Below the pieces are notes generated by a model, which had not been told where the DNA came from, ran no database searches, and was given only the letters and a program-made list of their open reading frames with translations. The position numbers and the translations under genes were made by a program. Below are positions 19,575 through 28,029 of a DNA stretch of 64,000 nucleotides, one piece after another. Each line of letters opens with the position of its first letter. Positions within the stretch are counted from its first letter, which is position 1. The stretch lies in NCBI GenBank assembly GCA_041660305.1, contig JBAZWO010000001.1:354268-418267 (forward strand), read 5' to 3'. Source of the DNA: Patescibacteria group bacterium. Lineage in GTDB: Bacteria; Patescibacteriota; Patescibacteriia; UBA9570.

Positions 19575-22004
19575 TCATTTAATTACTATACTTACCAATT
19601 TCTTTGGCACCACAATAACTTTCACTATTTCTTTTCCAGAAATATATTGTTGCACTTTATTACTCGCTAACGCCTTATCTTTAATTATCTGTTCATTATC
19701 CACTTCACTCGCTGATAATTCAATTTTATCACGTACTTTTCCGTTCACTTGTATAACCATTAAATAGCTTACATTCACTAATTTGGTTTCGTCATATTTT
19801 GGCCAATCTTGAAACAAATTTTCAGACCAATGTTTTTGTTCTCGTAACTCTTCAGCCAAATGTGGTGCGAACGGGTAAATTAACTGTAAATATATTTTAA
19901 GTTGCGCTTCTTGTAATTTCGGTTGTTCTGCATAGCTATTTAGACAAATCATTAATTGCGAAATAGCTGTGTTAAATTTAAATTGTTCAATATCTTCAGT
20001 AACTTTTTTTATTGTTTGATGTAAAGCCAGATCAACAGTATTACTTGCATTATCTGTTTTTACCGATTGATAAACATTCCAAATCTTTTCTAAAAACCGT
20101 CTCATCCCTTTTATGCTCTGCGGATCCCACGGTTTTGTTTCTTCAAACGGGCCCATGAACATTTCGTATAAGCGCATGGTATCGGCGCCAAAATCTTGCA
20201 CAATGGCATCGGGATTCACCACATTGCCTCTAGATTTGCTCATTTTCTGATGATCTTCGCCTAAAATCATGCCCTGATTACGCAGTGCTTTGAACGGCTC
20301 TCTGCCCACTGCTTTTGGAATAAACCCAAAATCTTGTAAGGCTTTATGAAAAAATCGGGCATACAGTAAATGCAGTACTGCGTGCTCGGCACCGCCTACA
20401 TACATATCTACCGGCAACCACTGTTTTAATTTTTCCGGATCAGCAAATTGTTTAGCATTATGCGGATCGCAGTAACGTAAATAATACCAAGATGAACAGA
20501 CAAACGTATCCATGGTATCAACTTCAAAATGCCAGCCGGCTCCATATAATTTCTCAGCCAAATCTTTATATGATTTAGAACTGCCTAACGGCGAGGTGCC
20601 TTTTGGCCTGTAATCAACATCTGTGGGTAACAATAACGGCAAATGCTCTTCTTTAATCGGATGAGCATTACCCTGTGGATCATAAACAATAGGTATAGGA
20701 GCACCCCAGTAGCGCTGGCGAGAAATTAACCAGTCACGAATTTTATAATTAGTTACTCTTTTACCCCAACCTTGTTTTTCTAAATAATCCATGATTTTTT
20801 CAGTAGCTACGTGAATATCTAATCCATTTAAAAAATCACTATTTATCATAGTACCTTGCTCTTCTTGTACCTGTTCCCGCTTACTAATAGTAGCTGTATC
20901 TCCATCCTTACCAACTACAACTCTGATCACTTCGATGCCCATAGCTTGAGCGAATTCAAAATCACGTACGTCATGACCTGGTACACCAACCACAGCTCCT
21001 GTGCCAACAGAGGCTAATACAAAATCAGAAATATATACAGGCAATCTTTTATTATTCAGTTTATTAATAACATAACTACCAGTAAACACACCCGTTTTCT
21101 TTTTGCCTTCTGAGATGCGCTCTAACTCAGTTTTTTTTACTGTTTGTTCAATATAGCTTGCCGTGGCTGTATAATTAGGAAATAATTTTAAGTTAGTTTG
21201 AACAAATTTACTATCTGGTGCTAAAACCACAAAAGTTGCGCCAAAGTTAGTGTCCGGTCTAGTAGTAAACACTGTGATATGTTGATCAGAATTTTCTAAA
21301 TCATAATCAATATTAATACCAACACTTTTTCCTATCCAATTTCTCTGCATTAATTTAATCGGCTCTGGCCAATCTATGCTATCTAAATCAGCTAATAATT
21401 TATCTGCGTAATCTGTGATTCTAAAAAACCATTGTTCAAGATCTTTCTGCATAACTGGATTTTTACAGCGCTCACACGCGCCATTCACTACTTGTTCATT
21501 CGCTAATACCGTTTGGCAACTAGCACACCAATTAACATGCGCTTTTTTTCTATACGCTAAACCGTGTTGATACATTTGCAAAAATATCCATTGCGTCCAA
21601 CAATAATATTCAGGCGAAGACGTATCTATTTCTCTAGACCAATCATAACTAAATCCCAATGCTTTAATTTGTCGTGTAAAATTTTTAATGTTGTTATGCG
21701 TAGAAGTATCAGGATCTACACCGGTTTTAATGGCGTAATTCTCGGCCGGCAAACCAAAGGCGTCCCAGCCCATGGGATGTAATACATTAAAACCACCCAT
21801 GCGTTTATAACGGGAAAAAATATCGGTAGCGGTGTAGCCTTCCGGGTGGCCAACATGCAAGCCATTAGCTGAAGGATAAGGAAACATGTCTAAACAATAA
21901 AATTTGGGTTTAGTAGAATTATCAGCGGCCTGATAATAATTGTTGTCTTGCCAATATTTTTGCCATTTTGGCTCAATAATATTTGGCTGATATTTATTAT
22001 CCAT
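19575..22004 (-). CDS. leuS: leucyl-tRNA synthetase
   Basis: 809 aa with the class I HIGH-type motif (PYPSANGLHVGH) and KMSKS (QKMSKSRGN). Collinear LeuS similarity is evident throughout. Confidence 0.95.
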   Translation of the reverse strand: MDNKYQPNIIEPKWQKYWQDNNYYQAADNSTKPKFYCLDMFPYPSANGLHVGHPEGYTATDIFSRYKRMGGFNVLHPMGWDAFGLPAENYAIKTGVDPDTSTHNNIKNFTRQIKALGFSYDWSREIDTSSPEYYCWTQWIFLQMYQHGLAYRKKAHVNWCASCQTVLANEQVVNGACERCKNPVMQKDLEQWFFRITDYADKLLADLDSIDWPEPIKLMQRNWIGKSVGINIDYDLENSDQHITVFTTRPDTNFGATFVVLAPDSKFVQTNLKLFPNYTATASYIEQTVKKTELERISEGKKKTGVFTGSYVINKLNNKRLPVYISDFVLASVGTGAVVGVPGHDVRDFEFAQAMGIEVIRVVVGKDGDTATISKREQVQEEQGTMINSDFLNGLDIHVATEKIMDYLEKQGWGKRVTNYKIRDWLISRQRYWGAPIPIVYDPQGNAHPIKEEHLPLLLPTDVDYRPKGTSPLGSSKSYKDLAEKLYGAGWHFEVDTMDTFVCSSWYYLRYCDPHNAKQFADPEKLKQWLPVDMYVGGAEHAVLHLLYARFFHKALQDFGFIPKAVGREPFKALRNQGMILGEDHQKMSKSRGNVVNPDAIVQDFGADTMRLYEMFMGPFEETKPWDPQSIKGMRRFLEKIWNVYQSVKTDNASNTVDLALHQTIKKVTEDIEQFKFNTAISQLMICLNSYAEQPKLQEAQLKIYLQLIYPFAPHLAEELREQKHWSENLFQDWPKYDETKLVNVSYLMVIQVNGKVRDKIELSASEVDNEQIIKDKALASNKVQQYISGKEIVKVIVVPKKLVSIVIK

Positions 22005-22011
22005 AATCGAT

Positions 22012-22040
22012 ATTGTAATGGTTTATGCATATTCTCACAA
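22012..22040 (-). promoter_or_regulatory. sigma70-like promoter of leuS positioned for a leaderless mRNA
   Basis: On the minus strand: TTGTGA (22040-22035), 17 nt, TACAAT (22017-22012), 7 nt, then ATG (22004). Confidence 0.45.
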
Positions 22041-22075
22041 GGATATGATAATATCATATTTTTTGTTCTGGCACA

Positions 22076-22104
22076 TTGACTGAACAATGAAAAAATGATA
22101 GATT
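22076..22104 (+). promoter_or_regulatory. sigma70-like promoter of the LysM-M23 gene positioned for a leaderless mRNA
   Basis: TTGACT (22076-22081), 17 nt, TAGATT (22099-22104), 7 nt, then ATG (22112). Confidence 0.5.
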
Positions 22105-22111
22105 GGACAAC

Positions 22112-23497
22112 ATGTCTTTAAGATTAAAACAACTAAGCATATCCACTCTAGTGTTATTACTGAAAGCATTAAAAACATTATTTTATACGTTGTGGTGGAT
22201 CATAAAAATAGTATTTTCTCCAATTATTATTTTATTAAAAATGGCCATAAAACCAGTGTTACTATATGGTTATCACTGGTATTTAAAATTTTATTCTTTA
22301 TTAAAACGTTCCGCGTTTGTACAAAATCGCATTTTATTTTTATTTAGCCATAAATATTTTATTCATGTAGTAATTGTGTTAATGGCTATTTTTGTTACCG
22401 GTACAAATATTAAGGCTAAAGAGCTTAATAACACTAGTGATTTTGGCAAACAATCGGCTTTATACAAAATTGTACAAGAATCCAATGGAGAAATGAACGA
22501 TGTAGTTATTGTGGAAAAAGGTTTAATCCAAAATAATACCAATAGTCAACGTTATCTAGACACTTCCGGGAGCATTGTTAGTAATGTTAGTAAAATTGAT
22601 CCAGATTCAGAAGCAGCTAGTTTAGGCGATAAAAAAACTGGTATTACTACAGAAACCGCCACCATGGCCACTAATACGCAAATTCAAACCAAAACAGGCC
22701 ACCGAGCTGAAGCGGTAGAATACACTGTAAAAAATGGTGAAAATATTGGCATTATTGCTAATCGCTTTGGGATTTCTAGTAATAGTATCTTATGGGCCAA
22801 TGATTTATCAGATAACGCTGTAATTAAACCTGGCGATACCATAAAGATTCCACCGGCCTCTGGCTACACTTACCAAGTAGCTCAAGATGATACGCTAGAA
22901 AAAATCATCGCCAAATATTCTGGTGATATGAATGAAACCATTAAAATTAATGGCATTGGCGAGGATCATATAATTCCAGTTGGCTCAAAAATTATTATTG
23001 TGGGAGGCAAACCACCGCCACCGCCTACGCCAATTATTAATAATAGTTATTTAGCTAATTCTTCTTCGTCTAATCGATCTTCGTCTAGCGATCCTTATGT
23101 AAATCGCAATGCCGCGGCTAAAATAACCGGCGGTAAGTTAAATTGGCCGATTGGCTGCCAATCGCGCATGACTACTTATTGGGGTCACGCCGGTAACGCT
23201 CGTGATTTTCCTTGCCCAATTGGCACGCCTATTTATGCGGCTACAGAAGGGGTTTTTTATGTGCGCTTTACCGGACAAATCGGCCATGGTTACGGTAATT
23301 GTGGTGATGTAGTTGGTCCAAACGGTATTACTACCCGTTATGCACATATGTCTTACTTCAATGTTTCCAACGGCCAACACGTTAGTCGTGGTCAAGTACT
23401 GGGTTTTGTGGGCATGACCGGCCGAACCACTGGCCCTCATTTACATTTTGAAGTACACATTAACGGCCGCGCCTACGATCCGATTCAGTTTTATTAA
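22112..23497 (+). CDS. LysM-domain M23 family metallopeptidase (peptidoglycan endopeptidase)
   Basis: Has N-terminal TM helices and two LysM-like repeats (YTVKNGENIGIIANRFGIS; YQVAQDDTLEKIIAKYSG). A PPPPPTP linker precedes the M23 motifs HAGNARDF..G and GMTGRTTGPHLHFEV. I prefer ATG 22112 over the track's TTG 22103 because of the promoter geometry. Confidence 0.85.
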   Translation: MSLRLKQLSISTLVLLLKALKTLFYTLWWIIKIVFSPIIILLKMAIKPVLLYGYHWYLKFYSLLKRSAFVQNRILFLFSHKYFIHVVIVLMAIFVTGTNIKAKELNNTSDFGKQSALYKIVQESNGEMNDVVIVEKGLIQNNTNSQRYLDTSGSIVSNVSKIDPDSEAASLGDKKTGITTETATMATNTQIQTKTGHRAEAVEYTVKNGENIGIIANRFGISSNSILWANDLSDNAVIKPGDTIKIPPASGYTYQVAQDDTLEKIIAKYSGDMNETIKINGIGEDHIIPVGSKIIIVGGKPPPPPTPIINNSYLANSSSSNRSSSSDPYVNRNAAAKITGGKLNWPIGCQSRMTTYWGHAGNARDFPCPIGTPIYAATEGVFYVRFTGQIGHGYGNCGDVVGPNGITTRYAHMSYFNVSNGQHVSRGQVLGFVGMTGRTTGPHLHFEVHINGRAYDPIQFY

Positions 23498-23498
23498 A

Positions 23499-23566
23499 TA
23501 CCTACCTCACCTCCTAACATCCTACCTCTATCCCCGACCCTTTCCCCTAAACAGGGGAAAGGGAGA
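23499..23566. repeat. GC-rich hairpin repeat locus R4
   Basis: Contains cctacctcac.. followed by acatcctacctctatccccgaccctttcccctaaacaggggaaagggag, which is identical over 49 nt to part of R3. Confidence 0.9.
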
Positions 23567-23580
23567 ATTTTATAAAAAAA

Positions 23581-23612
23581 TAGTAGAGACGCATTGCAAT
23601 GCGTCTCTACTA
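23581..23612. terminator. perfect 32-nt palindrome, probable bidirectional terminator between convergent genes
   Basis: tagtagagacgcattg/caatgcgtctctacta is preceded by an A-run and followed by a T-run. It sits between the M23 gene (+) and the receiver gene (-). Confidence 0.7.
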
Positions 23613-23624
23613 TTTTAGATTTAT

Positions 23625-24011
23625 TTACTGATCCAAAACCTTTTTAATCTTCTCTACAATTTCTCCAGTAGTAAAGTTCGCTTTCACCAGATAATCCACT
23701 GCGCCTAACTGTAAGCCATGTTCAATTTTACTTTCTTGGCCAAAATTAGATAAAATAATTACTGGAATATTTTTAATAGCTGTATTAGCATGTTTTTTTA
23801 ATTTGCCTAATACTTCAAACCCGTCCATACCAGGCAACATAATGTCTAACAAAATAATGTCTGGCTTATATTCTTCAGCTTTTTTATAGCCAGTTTCACC
23901 ATCACCGGCTAAGCCTATATCAAAACCTTCTTTGTCTAATTTGGTTGATATTAATTCACTTAAAAACTTATCATCTTCGATAATAAGTACCTTGGCTTTT
24001 TGTCCTCCCAT
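23625..24011 (-). CDS. single-domain response regulator (CheY-like receiver)
   Basis: 128 aa with VLIIEDD, DIILLDIMLPGMDG and a conserved K in the VDYLVKA region. Confidence 0.85.
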   Translation of the reverse strand: MGGQKAKVLIIEDDKFLSELISTKLDKEGFDIGLAGDGETGYKKAEEYKPDIILLDIMLPGMDGFEVLGKLKKHANTAIKNIPVIILSNFGQESKIEHGLQLGAVDYLVKANFTTGEIVEKIKKVLDQ

Positions 24012-24073
24012 ACTTGGTTATTAAATAAAAATAAGCTATGCTGACAGTATACTAAATAGTTAAATATTAGTAA

Positions 24074-24793
24074 ATGGGCATATTATATTGCGTCAGTACC
24101 CCAATTGGCAACCTAGCCGATATTACCATACGAGCTTTGGATATTTTAAAAACCGTAAATACTATTTTGTGCGAAGATACCCGCACTACCAAAACACTCT
24201 TAAAACACTATCAAATTAATACTCCTACTGAATCTTATCACCAAAATTCTACCGCTCAACAAGCCGCACAGATTATTACTAGATTACAATCTGGAGAAAA
24301 CCTAGCCTTAGTAAGTGATGCCGGCACCCCGGGTATTTCCGATCCTGGTAGCTTATTAATTCAGCAGGTACTAGCCGCTGGTATTACTGTTACCCCTATT
24401 CCAGGAGCCACGGCTTTAATTTGCGCTCTACAAGCCGCTGGTGTAGATATCAGTTCCTTTGTATATTTAGGTTTTCTCCCGCACAAAAAAGGCCGGCAAA
24501 CGTTATTTAACTATATTGCTCAAGAAACACGTACCGTAGTATTTTATGAATCCCCACACCGCATTTTAAAAACATTAACTGCTTTAAAAAACTGTAAGCG
24601 TAATATTGTATTAGCCCGTGAACTCACCAAAATTCACGAAGAATTCATCCGCGGCACCGCCGAACAAGTATACGTTGAACTTTTCAAGCGCCCAAAAATT
24701 TTAGGCGAGTTTGTGGTGATAATACATACCTCTCCCCTAGCCCCTCTCCTAATAGGAGAGGGGAATGATGAAATATATTTAGTACCTCGTTAA
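24074..24793 (+). CDS. rsmI: 16S rRNA (cytidine1402-2'-O)-methyltransferase
   Basis: The sequence LYCVSTPIGNLADITIRAL..L..V..ILCEDTR...SDAGTPGISDPG is the tetrapyrrole-methylase-fold RsmI pattern. The last roughly 20 codons run into repeat R5, so the true C-terminus is uncertain. Confidence 0.85.
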   Translation: MGILYCVSTPIGNLADITIRALDILKTVNTILCEDTRTTKTLLKHYQINTPTESYHQNSTAQQAAQIITRLQSGENLALVSDAGTPGISDPGSLLIQQVLAAGITVTPIPGATALICALQAAGVDISSFVYLGFLPHKKGRQTLFNYIAQETRTVVFYESPHRILKTLTALKNCKRNIVLARELTKIHEEFIRGTAEQVYVELFKRPKILGEFVVIIHTSPLAPLLIGEGNDEIYLVPR

Positions 24794-25124
24794 TATTGTT
24801 TATCACCTGATTATTACTAAATCTCAATACTGTATATCCTAATTGCAATAAATACAAATCTCTAGCTTGATCACGCTCTATCTGTTTTTCATGAATCAAG
24901 CCATCAACTTCAATAATAAGTTTTGCTTTTCTACAATAAAAATCTGCAATATATCGCCCAATAGGATGTTGCCTCTTAAATTTTGCGTTATTAATTTGCT
25001 TCCTACGTAATTGTTGCCATAAAATATATTCTGCTGTAGTTTGTTTTTCACGTAATTTTTTTGCAATGTAATGTAATTTAGTTTGAAATTGTATTGCTTG
25101 ATTATTTTTTGATGTTACTAGCAT
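24684..25124 (-). CDS. DUF559 (Vsr-like endonuclease fold) protein
   Basis: LWQQLRRKQINNAKFKRQHPIGRYIADFYCRKAKLIIEVDGLIHE...D..RD..L...GY.VLRF.N..V is a classic DUF559 signature. The tail HHSPLLLGEGLGERY... is read-through of repeat R5. Confidence 0.75.
   Translation of the reverse strand: MLVTSKNNQAIQFQTKLHYIAKKLREKQTTAEYILWQQLRRKQINNAKFKRQHPIGRYIADFYCRKAKLIIEVDGLIHEKQIERDQARDLYLLQLGYTVLRFSNNQVINNINEVLNIFHHSPLLLGEGLGERYVLSPQTRLKFLGA
24727..24764. repeat. GC-rich hairpin repeat locus R5 (left inverted end of the DUF559 unit)
   Basis: tacctctcccctagcccctctccta (24727-24751) lies next to the hairpin cccctctcct-aat-aggagagggg. Confidence 0.85.
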
Positions 25125-25140
25125 AAAATATTTTATAATT

Positions 25141-25216
25141 CTCCCTTTCCCCTATTTAGGGGAAAGGGTTGGGGATAGAGGTAGAATTTTTAGGAGAGGG
25201 GCTGGGGGAGAGGTAG
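25141..25216. repeat. GC-rich hairpin repeat locus R6 (right inverted end of the DUF559 unit)
   Basis: Hairpin ccctttcccct-attta-ggggaaaggg is followed by ttggggatagaggtag. Then taggagaggggctgggggagaggta (25191-25215) is the reverse complement of the R5 25-mer with one mismatch. Confidence 0.85.
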
Positions 25217-25221
25217 AATTT

Positions 25222-26742
25222 TTATTGCCCATTAAACACTTGCCGATACTGCAGTGCTTCGCGTAAATGGGCCGGGGTAATTTCCGCTTGGTGGGCTAAA
25301 TCGGCAATGGTTCTGGCTACTCGCAAAATACGGTGATAACTACGCGGAGATAATTGCAGGCGTTGCATGGCTTGTTTCATAATTTGTTTACCGGTAGCAT
25401 CTAATTGGCAATAGTGCTCAATTTGCTGAACATTCATGTAGGCATTACGAGAAATAACTACTTGCTGATAACGTTGTTGCTGTACTTGTACTGCTTGTTC
25501 TACCCGCTTACGAATACTAGCCGAAGATTCTTGAATTTGTGTAGTATTGGTTAACGTATCAAACGTTACCCTGGGCACATAACAACACAAATCCATTCTA
25601 TCTAATAACGGTCCGGATAATTTTTTTTGATATTTGGTGATTTGTTGCGGCGTGCAAGTGCACTCTTTTTCTTGATCGCCAACATAACCACATGGACATG
25701 GATTTAAACTGCCTACAAAAATACATTTGGCCGGATACGTAACCGTTTGTTCTGCCCGGGCTACTGTAATTACCCTATCTTCTAATGGTTGCCGCAGAGC
25801 CTCTAATACCATCCGGCTAAATTCTGGCAGCTCATCTAAATACAATACCCCGTGTTGCGCCAACGATATTTCACCAGGTCGTGGTAATCTACCACCACCC
25901 ACAATGGAAACCATCGATGAAGAATGGTGCGGCTGACGAAATGGCCGTGTGTTTAAAATAGCACTACGCGCCGTTAATAAGCCGGCAATGCTGTATAACC
26001 GCGTTACCTCTAATATTTCCGTGGCCGTCATGGGTGGCAAAATTGATAACAATGTTTTAGCTAAAATAGTTTTACCAGAACCTGGTGGCCCAAATAACAA
26101 AATATGATGCCCACCGGCCGCCACAATTTCCAAAGCTCGTTTAATCATGGTTTGTCCTTTAATATAGCTAAAATCTTGGTCAGTAACCGGCAGATGCGCT
26201 GTGGGTGGCAAATATGGTGCCGGTTTGATTAATTGCTGACCAGTGCAATGATTAATCATTTCGCTTAATGATTTAATTGGTAAAACTATTAATTTAGGTA
26301 CTAGCGTAGCTTCTTTATGATTAATTTGCGGCACAATAATTTGTTTAATATATTGCTCTTGCGCCATCATGGCCATGGCTAACACACCGCGCACCGGCTG
26401 TACATTACCATCTAAAGATAATTCGCCCACACATAAACCCATGTTTTCTGGCAAGATAATTTGTTGCGTAGCTGCTAAAATACCTAACGCAATTGGCAAA
26501 TCATAGCTTGGACCTTCTTTGGGTAAATCGGCCGGCGCTAAATTAACTACTACTTTTATATCGGGAAAAGTTTTGCCAACATGTTTAATGGCCGCTCTAA
26601 TTCGTTCCCGTGATTCTTGAATGGCCGCATCTGGCAAGCCAACAATGGTAAAACTAGGAAAACCAACCGAAACATCCACCTGTACTTCTACAATTTGCGA
26701 AGATAAGCCGCTAATAGCGGCTGAATATAATTTTACAATCAT
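25222..26742 (-). CDS. comM: Mg-chelatase-like ATPase, YifB/ComM family
   Basis: Has an N-terminal Lon-protease-like domain, a Walker A motif (LLFGPPGSGKT) and a C-terminal ChlI-like region. I chose ATG 26742 (MIVKLYSAAISG...) rather than the track's TTG 26790. Confidence 0.85.
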   Translation of the reverse strand: MIVKLYSAAISGLSSQIVEVQVDVSVGFPSFTIVGLPDAAIQESRERIRAAIKHVGKTFPDIKVVVNLAPADLPKEGPSYDLPIALGILAATQQIILPENMGLCVGELSLDGNVQPVRGVLAMAMMAQEQYIKQIIVPQINHKEATLVPKLIVLPIKSLSEMINHCTGQQLIKPAPYLPPTAHLPVTDQDFSYIKGQTMIKRALEIVAAGGHHILLFGPPGSGKTILAKTLLSILPPMTATEILEVTRLYSIAGLLTARSAILNTRPFRQPHHSSSMVSIVGGGRLPRPGEISLAQHGVLYLDELPEFSRMVLEALRQPLEDRVITVARAEQTVTYPAKCIFVGSLNPCPCGYVGDQEKECTCTPQQITKYQKKLSGPLLDRMDLCCYVPRVTFDTLTNTTQIQESSASIRKRVEQAVQVQQQRYQQVVISRNAYMNVQQIEHYCQLDATGKQIMKQAMQRLQLSPRSYHRILRVARTIADLAHQAEITPAHLREALQYRQVFNGQ

Positions 26743-26847
26743 AAAAAAATGATAAATAAAAACGCCACCCTGTGTTCGGGGAGCGCTCAATACCGGTACT
26801 ATATCACAAAATAACCTGTTTGTTAACCCAACTAGGGGTTAACATCA

Positions 26848-27186
26848 CTAACACCCGGGTTTATCCCGGTGTGTTAGTATGGAATTCATGTTCAGTTTTT
26901 GCTTCAATAACGCTAATTTTTCTTGATTATCATTAATTTGTACCCGATTATTTTTTTGTAATTTACATTGCTCGCAACGCTGTGTTAAAATCCAGTTTCC
27001 ATGATCTAAAAATAAATCAACTGGCTTCATTAAGCCATTACACTTAGCTAAACGATCACCCGGATTAATATCTACGTGTTTCGATGTAAAACATTCTGGA
27101 CAATGATTAGTATACCCATTGCCAATTACATTAGTGCCACAAAATTCGCAAACAAAATTTTCAATGGTGCGTTGAAATTTTTTCAT
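26848..27186 (-). CDS. RNHCP-domain zinc-ribbon protein
   Basis: FVCEFCG...YTNHCPECFTSKHVD...CNGLM.P...CEQC. I chose ATG 27186 (MKKFQR). The track's longer N-terminus overlaps lspA heavily. Confidence 0.6.
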   Translation of the reverse strand: MKKFQRTIENFVCEFCGTNVIGNGYTNHCPECFTSKHVDINPGDRLAKCNGLMKPVDLFLDHGNWILTQRCEQCKLQKNNRVQINDNQEKLALLKQKLNMNSILTHRDKPGC

Positions 27187-27640
27187 AGCGCCATAACCAA
27201 ATAAACCAAATGAGCATAGCGGCCACAATATACACATCGGCCAGATTAAAAATACTGCCTAACCATAACCAAATAAAATCAATTACTCCGCCGTATTGCC
27301 AACGATCATATAAATTACTAAACGCACCAATTAAAATAAGTAATAATAAAAAATATTCTTTAAGATTTTTTTGTTGGATGGCCTGCCACCAGCGCCAAGT
27401 AATAAATACTAACACTCCCACCATTAAACTATAATAAATAATGGGAAATAACGGCAAACTAAAGGCCATGTCTTGATTCAAATAATACTGTAACCAAATA
27501 ACACCACCCGCACCATAATGTTGCGTGGAATTAGTAATAAAAAAATACTTCACCCAGCGATCCAGCACAAACAATATTATTGCTGTAACGGTGCTAGCCA
27601 TCCAAAAATATTTAACATTAGTTAACGATCTATTTAACAT
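27161..27640 (-). CDS. lspA: lipoprotein signal peptidase II
   Basis: Four TM helices, plus NLYDR and IFNLADVYI (catalytic Asp motifs). Confidence 0.8.
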   Translation of the reverse strand: MLNRSLTNVKYFWMASTVTAIILFVLDRWVKYFFITNSTQHYGAGGVIWLQYYLNQDMAFSLPLFPIIYYSLMVGVLVFITWRWWQAIQQKNLKEYFLLLLILIGAFSNLYDRWQYGGVIDFIWLWLGSIFNLADVYIVAAMLIWFIWLWRYEKISTHH

Positions 27641-27995
27641 TGGTTTCAGCCGCCGGATTGGCTTGCAAACGCGCTAATGGAATATCTTGGCCGGTATTTT
27701 TATCTTTGCCATAAGTGCCGCTTTTCATGCGCTCTAATGCCGCTTTAACACTAGTTAAACGTTGTTGCAATTGCGCGGTGACCGATAAATTTACTGCGTA
27801 ATCCTGTACTTCATCGGGAGAATCAGAACCAGGATCAGCTGGATTATCATCGCCATAATTTGGAAATTTAGCTGCATAATCTCCTGGCACATGTTCGCCT
27901 ACGTCTGGATTCGCTACCATGGCTAATTCTTCGTTTAATTCAGTTTGTTCTTTTAACAAAGCTTGTTTTAATTCATCTAATATTTTTTTGTCCAT
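27630..27995 (-). CDS. DksA/TraR-family-like protein lacking the Cys4 finger
   Basis: Coiled-coil N-terminus (LKQALLKEQTELNEEL) and a C-terminal G.YG.....G..I...RL. ATG is at 27995; the track start at 28004 is TTG. Confidence 0.5.
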   Translation of the reverse strand: MDKKILDELKQALLKEQTELNEELAMVANPDVGEHVPGDYAAKFPNYGDDNPADPGSDSPDEVQDYAVNLSVTAQLQQRLTSVKAALERMKSGTYGKDKNTGQDIPLARLQANPAAETNVK

Positions 27996-28029
27996 ATAAC
28001 ACAAATTACCGGCCTATTAATTAGGGGGT

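Noticed and set aside
18901-19578. Full 225-aa version of the tsaC ORF (N-terminus MKQPTSPPSPLSSKERGKN...)
   Set aside because: The first 38 codons are a translation of repeat locus R3. A YrdC-like domain begins right after ATG 19464.
24684-24793. 110-nt overlap of convergent rsmI and DUF559 ORFs as genuine overlapping genes
   Set aside because: Both tails are read-through of the same repeat (R5) on opposite strands. The conserved domains of both proteins end before it.
26790-27237. Track starts for comM (26790) and the RNHCP gene (27237)
   Set aside because: Both use non-ATG upstream codons that add hydrophobic or odd N-termini and create large overlaps. Internal ATGs (26742, 27186) give N-termini matching the families.
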